Shown piece after piece: positions 40,365 to 48,785 of a DNA stretch of 62,407 bases. The notes beneath the pieces are model-generated. The model saw only the letters and a program-made list of their open reading frames with translations. It searched no databases and was not told the origin of the DNA. Position 1 is the stretch's first letter, and each line of letters starts with the position of its first letter. The stretch comes from Aequorivita sp. (GTDB lineage: Bacteria > Bacteroidota > Bacteroidia > Flavobacteriales > Flavobacteriaceae): NCBI GenBank assembly GCA_026646335.1, contig JAPKFY010000001.1:1-62407 (forward strand), read 5' to 3'. The position numbers were made by a program, and so were the translations under genes.

Positions 40365-41648
40365 ATGAAAAGGATTGTACTTTTAGTAGCATTATGTGTA
40401 AACACCTTAGTTTTTGCGCAGAATTATACCGAATATGTAACGGGCAGCACGACGGATATTAATACCAACCACCAACCCGGAACCTGTTTAATGGGTGGGT
40501 CTTCAGAAAACGATGAGGCGATGGTTTGGTTTTTGAACAAGGCCGATGGTGGCGATGTTGTGGTTTTAAGAGCTACGGGTAGTGATGGCTACAACGATTA
40601 CTTTTATAGCCAGTTGGGCGTAACGCTTAACTCAGTAACTACTTTTGTTATTCATAATGTAGCGGGAGCAACAGATCCAGCCGTATTGCAAAAAGTAGCA
40701 AACGCTGAAGCAATATGGGTAGCCGGCGGCGATCAATGGGATTACGTGTCTTTGTTTAAGGACAACGCGATGGAAACAACCCTAAATGAGTATATAAACG
40801 TAAAACACGGCGTTGTTGGCGGCACAAGTGCAGGAATGGCAATAATGGGAAGTTCGTATTTTACGGCTCAATACGGTACTCTTGAGAGCCCCGTGGCCTT
40901 GAGCAACCCTTATCACCCGAGAGTGGCATTGGGTTATAACGATTTTTTGGAGGTGCCCTTTATGCAAAATCTCATTACCGATACCCATTTCACCGATCGC
41001 GACAGACAAGGTAGAATAAGTGTCTTTTTGGCGCGATTTATACAGGATAATGGCCCGCGTAGTTTTGGTATTGCGTGTAACGATTATACAGCAGTATGTG
41101 TTCAGCCTGATGGAAAAGCATACGTATTTGGCGAATATCCAGACTATTCTGAATTTGCCTATTTTCTACAAGCTAATTGCGTGTTAGATTATGCGCCAGA
41201 AACAGTGGTGGCAGGAATGCCAGTAACTTGGAATAGGAATGGGGAAGCCATAAAAGTTTATAAAGTTCCTGGCACCTATGGGGGACCAAACTATTTTGAT
41301 CTTTCAGATTGGGAAACAGGCAGTGGTGGTAGCTGGGAAAATTGGTTTATAGATAACGGAAATTTGAATATGGAAGCAGGGGATAATCCGGGCTGTGGCC
41401 AATTGGAAGTGTCTGGTTCAGATAGCGATTTAATGAGTGTTTATCCAAATCCATTCAAAAATGAATTGTTTTTAAACTCAAAATTACCTGTAAGAGATGT
41501 AAGTTTATTTGATGTTTTGGGCAAAGAAATTAATATTGAAATCCAGGATAATTTTAGAATTGAAACTTCATCCCTAAGCGCTGGAACCTATATCTTAAAG
41601 CTGCGGACAGAAAATTCACAGCAGAACTTTAGGCTTATTAAAAATTAA
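40365..41648 (+). CDS. Cyanophycinase-like S51 peptidase with a T9SS sorting domain
   Basis: AGGDQ, GGTSAG and TDTHF..RDR.GR motifs; C-terminal VYPNP...LSAGTYIL. Confidence 0.8.
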   Translation: MKRIVLLVALCVNTLVFAQNYTEYVTGSTTDINTNHQPGTCLMGGSSENDEAMVWFLNKADGGDVVVLRATGSDGYNDYFYSQLGVTLNSVTTFVIHNVAGATDPAVLQKVANAEAIWVAGGDQWDYVSLFKDNAMETTLNEYINVKHGVVGGTSAGMAIMGSSYFTAQYGTLESPVALSNPYHPRVALGYNDFLEVPFMQNLITDTHFTDRDRQGRISVFLARFIQDNGPRSFGIACNDYTAVCVQPDGKAYVFGEYPDYSEFAYFLQANCVLDYAPETVVAGMPVTWNRNGEAIKVYKVPGTYGGPNYFDLSDWETGSGGSWENWFIDNGNLNMEAGDNPGCGQLEVSGSDSDLMSVYPNPFKNELFLNSKLPVRDVSLFDVLGKEINIEIQDNFRIETSSLSAGTYILKLRTENSQQNFRLIKN

Positions 41649-41679
41649 TCGAATAAACCTCTTGCTATTTTATCATTAA

Positions 41680-41720
41680 AAAAATAACCGTCCCACTTTT
41701 ATATTGAGACGGTTATTTTT
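41680..41720. terminator. Bidirectional terminator between the SusCD locus and etfA
   Basis: AAAAATAACCGTC...GACGGTTATTTTT. Confidence 0.7.
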
Positions 41721-41741
41721 AAATCTTTATCTCTGGAGAGA

Positions 41742-42707
41742 TTAGCTATTCTGAGCTTTAAATTCTTTTAATTTTTCGGTGAGTTTTGGCACAATTTCAA
41801 AAGCATCACCTACAATACCATAGTCTGCAGCTTTGAAGAAAGGCGCTTCAGGATCGTTGTTGATTACCACTTTCACTTTTGAAGAATTGATACCGGCCAA
41901 ATGCTGGATAGCCCCTGAAATACCGATTGCAATATAAAGATTTGATGCAACTGGTTTTCCGGTTTGCCCAACGTGCTCGCTGTGCGGTCTCCAGCCCATA
42001 TCGCTCACAGGTTTAGAGCAAGCTGTGGCGGCACCCAAAACTTTTGCAAGATCTTCAATCATTCCCCAATTTTCGGGGCCTTTAAGGCCGCGGCCACCGG
42101 AAACCACTATTTCTGCATCTGCGATAGTTACTTTGTCTGTTGCTTTATCAACGGAAACAATTTCCATATCAAAGTCATGTGCGTCAAGGTTTGGTGAGAA
42201 AGCTTGGCTTGTTGCCGAAGTTTCATTTTCTTTTAAACCATAAGAGTTTTTACCCAGTCCGATTATTTTGATATCGGTTGTGATTTCGGTTGAAGCAAAA
42301 GCTTTGTTGGTAAAAACACTGTGCTTCACTTTAAAAGGCGAAGTGCTTTCAGGAAGTGAAATAACGTTTGGCACATAGCCGGCCTCCAAATTCACTGCGA
42401 GGGCAGGAGCTAAAAATTTACTGTTTGCGCTGGAAGTGACAACCACAACTTTTGCGGCTTCGTTTTTTGCGGCTTGTGCAATTACATCTGCGTAGGCTTC
42501 TGCATTGAAATTGCCCAATTTGTCATTGGAAACCTGCAAAATTTTTGAAGCACCGTATTTGCCCAATTCTGAAGTATCATTGGCATTGATACTGACCGCG
42601 GTTACAGTAGTTCCCATTTGGTCTGCAATTCCTTTTGCATAGGCAACTGCTTCCAAGGCAATTTTCTTGATTTTTCCTTCTTCTGATTCGGTATAAACTA
42701 ATATCAT
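41742..42707 (-). CDS. etfA: Electron transfer flavoprotein alpha subunit
   Basis: VVSGGRG, VGQTGK, GISGAIQHLAG and AADYGIVGD motifs. Confidence 0.95.
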   Translation of the reverse strand: MILVYTESEEGKIKKIALEAVAYAKGIADQMGTTVTAVSINANDTSELGKYGASKILQVSNDKLGNFNAEAYADVIAQAAKNEAAKVVVVTSSANSKFLAPALAVNLEAGYVPNVISLPESTSPFKVKHSVFTNKAFASTEITTDIKIIGLGKNSYGLKENETSATSQAFSPNLDAHDFDMEIVSVDKATDKVTIADAEIVVSGGRGLKGPENWGMIEDLAKVLGAATACSKPVSDMGWRPHSEHVGQTGKPVASNLYIAIGISGAIQHLAGINSSKVKVVINNDPEAPFFKAADYGIVGDAFEIVPKLTEKLKEFKAQNS

Positions 42708-42859
42708 TTTAATATTATTTTGAAATTAATATTTAAGATTTGGAGTTTGAATTTACTTTTCAAAAGTTCCAAATCTCAAGTTCCAAATTCCAAATAACTT
42801 CCAATTTTTAAAAATTGAGTATTATTTGTGATTTGCCTTTTTGTGATTTGTTTTTTTAA

Positions 42860-43603
42860 TTAAATTACCTTCGCTTCATTGTGAAGCAAGTCTATCAATT
42901 CATCAACGTTGTCTACCAATTTAACCGCGCCTTTTGGAGCTGGTTTTTCAAAGGAAACTGTGTTTGTTTCCGCATTTGAAGCTATTGGTTCTTTAACGTT
43001 TAATGGTTTTGTGCGAGCTTGCATAATGCCGCGCATGTTCGGGATGCGAAGATCGCTCTCCTCAACCAAACCTTTCTGTCCGCCAATTACTAACGGAAGT
43101 GAGGTTTTCAAGGTTTCCTTGCCGCCGTCAATTTCGCGAATTGCGGTGGCTTTATCGCCTTCCACTTCAATACCGATACAGGTATTTACGAAATTTGCTC
43201 CAATAAGTTTTGCAAGCATTCCGGGAACCATTCCGCCGTTATAATCGATGGATTCCCGTCCGCCGATTACCAAATCATAACCACCTTCTTTTGCAATATT
43301 TGCAAGTTGTTTTGCCACGGAAAAACCGTCGGTTGCAACAGTGTTTACACGTATTGCTTCATCGGCGCCTATAGCCAAAGCTTTGCGCAAAGTTGGCTCA
43401 GTTTCTGGACCGCCAACGGTTGCTACGTGTACGATTGCAGCTTGCTTTTCCTTGAACCACATAGCTCGGGTAAGGCCAAATTCGTCATTTGGATTGATTA
43501 CAAACTGAACTCCATTGGTATCAAACTTAGTGTCGCCGTCGGTAAAATTGATTTTTGAAGTTGTGTCCGGTACGTGACTTATACAGACTAATATTTTCAT
43601 CAT
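42860..43603 (-). CDS. etfB: Electron transfer flavoprotein beta subunit
   Basis: MKILVCISHVPDT, INPNDE, ALAIGAD and LRIPNMRGIM motifs. Confidence 0.95.
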   Translation of the reverse strand: MMKILVCISHVPDTTSKINFTDGDTKFDTNGVQFVINPNDEFGLTRAMWFKEKQAAIVHVATVGGPETEPTLRKALAIGADEAIRVNTVATDGFSVAKQLANIAKEGGYDLVIGGRESIDYNGGMVPGMLAKLIGANFVNTCIGIEVEGDKATAIREIDGGKETLKTSLPLVIGGQKGLVEESDLRIPNMRGIMQARTKPLNVKEPIASNAETNTVSFEKPAPKGAVKLVDNVDELIDLLHNEAKVI

Positions 43604-43939
43604 TAAATAATATTTGATAAATAGGAAGATGTAATGCCCCAATCTACATCTTCGCTCAATTTATTAATTGGTTATGGGGGCATTTCATTTTTTGAACTTT
43701 TTTGGATTGTAATTCTTGTTAGGCAACCCTTCGCTGTTCGAGCTTCGGGCTACGTTCGCAACCCTTCCCTTAGGCTTCGGATTGCGTAGGTAATCGGCTG
43801 CTCATAGAGCTTTGGACTACGCAGGTGCGAAGTTAAGAATATATTTCCTTATTTTGCTATGCACGCATAATAAATTTTGGTTAAAAGTTGGGGAATACTG
43901 CTTAAACAGATTGGATTTATACTATTTTTGCTAACCCTG

Positions 43940-43957
43940 TTCCGATAGCTATCGGAA
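43940..43957. repeat. Short palindromic repeat TTCCGATAGCTATCGGAA
   Basis: Same core as 23856-23873; lies in the pdhB leader. Confidence 0.7.
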
Positions 43958-43986
43958 TTCAGTTATTTACATTACAATTTAAAAAG

Positions 43987-44967
43987 ATGAAGACATTACA
44001 ATTCAGAGAGGCTATAGCCGAGGCGATGAGCGAAGAAATGCGTCGCGACGAAACCATATATTTAATGGGCGAGGAAGTTGCCGAATACAACGGCGCTTAC
44101 AAAGCCAGTAAAGGGATGCTTGACGAGTTTGGAGCAAAACGCGTGATAGACACCCCCATTTCAGAAAATGGGTTTACTGGAATAGCCATTGGTTCTGCCA
44201 TGAATGGCAATAGGCCGATAGTAGAGTATATGACCTTCAACTTTTCTTTGGTGGCTATTGACCAAATAATAAACAATGCCGCAAAAATGCGCCAAATGAG
44301 TGGTGGACAATTTAATATTCCAATAGTTTTCCGTGGGCCAACAGCTTCAGCGGGCCAACTTGCCGCCACGCACAGCCAGGCTTTTGAAAGCTGGTATGCC
44401 AACTGTCCTGGCCTAAAAGTAGTAGTACCGAGCAATCCAGCTGACGCAAAAGGCTTGTTGAAAAGCGCTATTCGCGATAATGATCCGGTCATTTTTATGG
44501 AAAGCGAGCAGATGTACGGCGATAAAGGTGAAGTTCCAGAAGGAGAATATTTAATTCCTATTGGGGTTGCTGATATTAAACGAAAAGGAAAAGATGTAAC
44601 CATTGTTTCCTTCGGAAAAATTATAAAGGAAGCTTATAAGGCTGCCGAAACTCTTGCTGAAGAAGGCATCGAGTGTGAAATAATAGATTTGCGAACCGTT
44701 CGTCCTTTGGATTATGAAGCCATTTTTGAATCGGTAAAGAAAACAAACCGTTTGGTAATTTTGGAAGAAGCCTGGCCGTTTGGAAACGTTTCTACTGAAA
44801 TAACCTACAAAGTTCAAAACCAAATTTTCGACTATTTGGACGCCCCGATTGTAAAGATCAATACTGCCGATACTCCCGCTCCATTTTCCCCGGTTTTATT
44901 GGAAGAATGGTTGCCTAATAGTGAAGATGTTGTTAAGGCTGTAAAGAAAGTTCTTTATAGAGACTAA
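43987..44967 (+). CDS. pdhB: Pyruvate dehydrogenase E1 beta subunit
   Basis: GEEVAEYNGAYK, DTPISE, EYMTFNF and HSQ motifs. Confidence 0.93.
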   Translation: MKTLQFREAIAEAMSEEMRRDETIYLMGEEVAEYNGAYKASKGMLDEFGAKRVIDTPISENGFTGIAIGSAMNGNRPIVEYMTFNFSLVAIDQIINNAAKMRQMSGGQFNIPIVFRGPTASAGQLAATHSQAFESWYANCPGLKVVVPSNPADAKGLLKSAIRDNDPVIFMESEQMYGDKGEVPEGEYLIPIGVADIKRKGKDVTIVSFGKIIKEAYKAAETLAEEGIECEIIDLRTVRPLDYEAIFESVKKTNRLVILEEAWPFGNVSTEITYKVQNQIFDYLDAPIVKINTADTPAPFSPVLLEEWLPNSEDVVKAVKKVLYRD

Positions 44968-45004
44968 CTTTATATTGCCCAATAAATATCAGTCCCATAA
45001 ATTT

Positions 45005-47497
45005 ATGAAGTACCTTCTTTTGCTTTTTTTTATAGTTGTTGGTGCTTCGGTATTTGCCCAAACCAAAGTAAGCGGTGTCATCAAAGACGACTCTAATTAT
45101 CCGGTTGCCTTTGCCAATGTGATTTTTAAGGATTCGCAGGAGGGAACTATTTCTGATGAAAATGGTCGCTTTTATTTGGAAAGCGATAAAACCTACAAAA
45201 CTGTTGTTTTTTCATTTATAGGTTATACAACCAAAGAGGTGGAGCTCACTTCACGAAGCACCTACAATATGGAGGTGTTACTGGAGGAAAGTGCTGATGC
45301 ACTGGATGAGGTGGTAGTTTATAGCGGGAAGACTTCAAAAAAGAACAACCCAGCCCTCGATATTCTTCGGAAGATTTGGGAGAATCGCAGGGAGAACGGT
45401 GTCAAAAAATTCAAGCAATATCAGTACGATAAATACGAAAAGCTAGAATTTGACCTGAATACCATAGACAGTGCACTCATCAAAAGCAGGATTTTTAAAG
45501 GGATGGAGTTTGTATTTGACCAGACCGATACTTCAAAAGTTACCGGGAATACCTATCTGCCTATTTTCATAAACGAAGCCGCTTCAAAAGTATATGGCGA
45601 CAATTTGTTGAAAGGAGAAAAGGAAATATTGCACGGTAACAAAAATTCCGGTTTTGATAATAACCAAACACTTATCGCTTTCGTAAAGGATCTTTACAGC
45701 GAATATGATGTTTATGACAACTACTTGAAGTTTTTTGACAAGGCTTTTACAAGCCCGCTTTCACGCACAGGGATTGATGTTTATAACTATGTGTTGCGGG
45801 ACAGCGCCTATCGCGACAACAAATGGTGCTACAATATTGTGTACTACCCACGCCGAAAAAACGAACTGACTTTTAAAGGTGATTTTTGGGTTAACGACTC
45901 CACTTGGGCCATAAAAGAAATAAACCTACAAGCTTCTAAAAGCGCTAACCTTAACTGGGTGCGTGATGTATATATTGAGCAAGAATTTGATGTGCTGAAC
46001 GATTCCATCTTTTTGATAACGCGAGATTATTTTATGAGTGATTTCAGCTTTCAAAAAAAGGAAGAGGCAAAAGGTATTTACGGCAAGCGGACCACTTTAT
46101 ATGATAATTATATTTTCAACATTCCAAAGGATAAAAAGTTTTATGCCCAACAAGTAGATCCATATAATTATGAAATCTATAACCGGCCGGATGAGTTTTG
46201 GGAGTTGAACCGGATGGAAAAGCTGAGCAAGGATGAAAAGGGCGTATACAAAATGCTGGACACCCTAAAAACCGTAAGGCGCTTTAAAGCCCTTTATAAT
46301 GTAGGGGCAACTTTGGCCAGCGGTTATTACGAAGTAAACAATTTTGATATTGGCCCCGTGTTTTCCGTTTTTGGGTATAATGAAGCCGAAGGAGTGCGAA
46401 TACGCCTAGGAGGGCGAACTTATTTCAGCCAGAATGATTCCTGGCGTCTGGAAGGTTTTGGAGCATACGGTTTTAAGGATGACAGGTTTAAATATGGAAT
46501 ATCGGCCAAGTGGCTTTTAGATAGAAGATCGCGACTAACTGTTTTTGGTGGCAACCGGCGCGATGTGGAGCAAACAGGTGCCAGTCTTACCAATAGCAAC
46601 GATGTATTGGGGCGAAGTTTGGCTTCTTCCACCCTTTTGTCAGTGGGCACCAATGATAGACTTTCACGAATAAACCTCTCTACTGCTGGGTTTGACATTG
46701 AGCCTTGGAAAAATTTTATCTTGCGGCTAACCGGCTCGTATAGAACGTTAAAATCTGCAACCGATACTTTCAGTATTGATTATAAAGTAATGGAAGACGG
46801 CGTTTTTACGGGCGAAATAAAAAGTGAATTGGAACAGGCTGAAATACAACTTGGCTTTATGTACGCGCCCGGGCGTAAGACCTCTGGATACGGCGTGGAG
46901 CAGACGGTAATCAACGATGGTGATTTTCCTTCTTTTTATGCTGGGTATAGTTATGGGTTAAAAGGCGTAATGGGCGGTGATTTTGAATATAAAAAAATTC
47001 AGGCACTCTACACCCAGCCATGGAATATTGGGGGTATTGGCCGTTTGTATTCCACGGTTGAAGTGGGCACAACCATTGGCGCAGTGCCGCTTAGTCTATT
47101 GAACCCTATTCCGGGAAACCAGACGTATTTTAGCATTTACAACAGTTTTACACAATTGGATTATTATGAGTTTGTAAGTGATTCTTATGCTTCTTTACAC
47201 TTGCAGCACAATTTTGGGGGGCGTATTTTTTCGCGTATCCCTTTATTGCGAAAACTGGACTTGCGCGAAGTGGTAGGCTTTAGAGCTGTTTATGGAGCAA
47301 TATCGCAAGAGAATATAGATCTTAATGCTTCCAATATTGTTTACCAAGCTCCCGAAGATATCTACTGGGAGTGGAGTGTTGGAATAGGCAACATCTTCCG
47401 TGTTTTTAGGTTGGACTTCAATTTCCGCGGAAATTATCTTGATATGCCCGATGCCCGAAGCTTTGGGGTTACTGGGGTTTTTGGGTTTAGTTTTTAA
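45005..47497 (+). CDS. Outer-membrane protein with a carboxypeptidase-regulatory-like domain (DUF5686-type)
   Basis: Signal peptide, N-terminal regulatory-like domain, YEKLEFD motif, C-terminal F of a beta-barrel. Confidence 0.75.
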   Translation: MKYLLLLFFIVVGASVFAQTKVSGVIKDDSNYPVAFANVIFKDSQEGTISDENGRFYLESDKTYKTVVFSFIGYTTKEVELTSRSTYNMEVLLEESADALDEVVVYSGKTSKKNNPALDILRKIWENRRENGVKKFKQYQYDKYEKLEFDLNTIDSALIKSRIFKGMEFVFDQTDTSKVTGNTYLPIFINEAASKVYGDNLLKGEKEILHGNKNSGFDNNQTLIAFVKDLYSEYDVYDNYLKFFDKAFTSPLSRTGIDVYNYVLRDSAYRDNKWCYNIVYYPRRKNELTFKGDFWVNDSTWAIKEINLQASKSANLNWVRDVYIEQEFDVLNDSIFLITRDYFMSDFSFQKKEEAKGIYGKRTTLYDNYIFNIPKDKKFYAQQVDPYNYEIYNRPDEFWELNRMEKLSKDEKGVYKMLDTLKTVRRFKALYNVGATLASGYYEVNNFDIGPVFSVFGYNEAEGVRIRLGGRTYFSQNDSWRLEGFGAYGFKDDRFKYGISAKWLLDRRSRLTVFGGNRRDVEQTGASLTNSNDVLGRSLASSTLLSVGTNDRLSRINLSTAGFDIEPWKNFILRLTGSYRTLKSATDTFSIDYKVMEDGVFTGEIKSELEQAEIQLGFMYAPGRKTSGYGVEQTVINDGDFPSFYAGYSYGLKGVMGGDFEYKKIQALYTQPWNIGGIGRLYSTVEVGTTIGAVPLSLLNPIPGNQTYFSIYNSFTQLDYYEFVSDSYASLHLQHNFGGRIFSRIPLLRKLDLREVVGFRAVYGAISQENIDLNASNIVYQAPEDIYWEWSVGIGNIFRVFRLDFNFRGNYLDMPDARSFGVTGVFGFSF

Positions 47498-47581
47498 TTT
47501 TTCTTTCGTTTTTACTTAATTGCTTTCCTCTTGTTTATTTAATTATAGGCATAGGTGTGGGCATTTTTTTATTTGTTTAGG

Positions 47582-47647
47582 ACCTATTTAATACGCTATA
47601 TACACGGTATACAAACGCTATAATAATGCTATATATACGCTATGTAT
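47582..47647. repeat. Six degenerate 11-bp direct repeats (ACGCTATAtaw)
   Basis: Units start at 47582, 47593, 47604, 47615, 47626 and 47637. Confidence 0.7.
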
Positions 47648-47687
47648 AAAAATATAATTGTATTTTAGTATTTCTAAATTATTTATT

Positions 47688-48437
47688 ATGGCTAAGCAGA
47701 TTGGAATTATACCATTAACTGGAACTTTGAAAGGGATTAATTTTTACGTTAGGGAAGGCAAGCCTTTTGCACGAAAGTCTGGAGGCGGGTTTAGCAGTGA
47801 TGCTATTAGAAAGAAGCCGAAAATGGTGCGTGTGCGGGAGAATGCGAGTGAGTTTGGACATTGTAGTAGTGTAAAAAAGCATTTTAGGTTATCATTGAGT
47901 CCTTTTTTGTGTATTAGGAAAGATGGGAAGCTTCATGGGCGGATGATGCAACTGTTTATGAAGTTGAAAAATTTGGACCGTCTAAACATTCGTGGGCAAC
48001 GAAGGGTGGGGCCTGGGATTGATACTGAAGCTGGAAAACAGTTGCTGCGCAATTTTGTTTTTACGCCAGATTGTGATGTGCTCGCCGTATTGGGTGCTGC
48101 GGGTAATTATGATTCTATGGCAGGGACTTATAGTTTGACAAACTTTGATATAAGAAATGTTTGGTTTCCTGAGGGGGCAACACATTTGGCACTTACACTT
48201 GGGTTGTTGCATTTTGATTTTGAGTCTTTGGAGCAGGAATTGAAACTTAGCCCACCCTTGTATCTAGACAAGGAATTTACTGGAACTTCGCTTAGCTTAA
48301 ATGTTGCTCCGCCATCTGTTTTTGGTGTGGCTGTGGCTGTTTTGGGGATGAAGTTTTATGAAGAGGTAAATGGGGTGTTTCATATTTTTAAGAGTGCCAA
48401 GGCTGTGGGGGTTGAGGTTTTGGGGGTTGGGGTGTGA
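47688..48437 (+). CDS. Hypothetical Bacteroidota protein
   Basis: 249-aa ORF from ATG 47688 (MAKQIGIIPLTG...RENASEFG); basic N-terminus. Confidence 0.7.
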   Translation: MAKQIGIIPLTGTLKGINFYVREGKPFARKSGGGFSSDAIRKKPKMVRVRENASEFGHCSSVKKHFRLSLSPFLCIRKDGKLHGRMMQLFMKLKNLDRLNIRGQRRVGPGIDTEAGKQLLRNFVFTPDCDVLAVLGAAGNYDSMAGTYSLTNFDIRNVWFPEGATHLALTLGLLHFDFESLEQELKLSPPLYLDKEFTGTSLSLNVAPPSVFGVAVAVLGMKFYEEVNGVFHIFKSAKAVGVEVLGVGV

Positions 48438-48508
48438 GTTGTCTGTTGTGGGTTGTCGGTTGTCAGCTGTGTGTTTTGATTAGTGTTGATAGCATCTTCC
48501 GCTCTCGT

Positions 48509-48572
48509 TTTTGGTCAGGCGTTTGCAGCGATTGCCGGATTTTGTTTTGGCGGTGCATTGGGTGGCAGTGGT
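48509..48572. repeat. 64-bp direct repeat, left copy, flanking the CRISPR-Cas cassette
   Basis: Identical to 55528-55591. Confidence 0.9.
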
Positions 48573-48594
48573 GTTTTTGAATGAATGTAGAAAT

Positions 48595-48678
48595 AAAAAA
48601 GTCCCACCGAAGCGGGACTAAAGATTTTCATCTACGGCATATAGCCTTATTGTGATAAGATTATAGATTAGGATAATT
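48595..48678 (-). ncRNA. tracrRNA
   Basis: 48649-48674 matches the first 26 nt of the repeat at 21 positions; minus strand continues CACAATAAGGCTATATGCCGTAG (nexus-like), then a GTCCCGCTTCGGTGGGAC hairpin and a T-run; 5' end approximate. Confidence 0.85.
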
Positions 48679-48719
48679 TTTCACATTTCAAATGTATTAA
48701 AAAATAATTTTACTTGCAA

Positions 48720-48733
48720 TGCGGGAAACCGTA
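48720..48733. promoter_or_regulatory. TACGG-N4-CCGTA-like palindrome between tracrRNA and cas9
   Basis: TGCGGGAAACCGTA; similar copies at 55198, 55593, 56157 and 56261. Confidence 0.5.
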
Positions 48734-48785
48734 AAGTGGATAAATAGTTTTTTGTTAGTTTAGAAGATTCATAAAATTTATAGTT

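Noticed and set aside
43720-43830. GC-rich repeated stretch between etfB and pdhB as a riboswitch
   Set aside because: Looks like degenerate short repeats (ACCCTTC.., GCTTCGG..TACG); no recognisable aptamer
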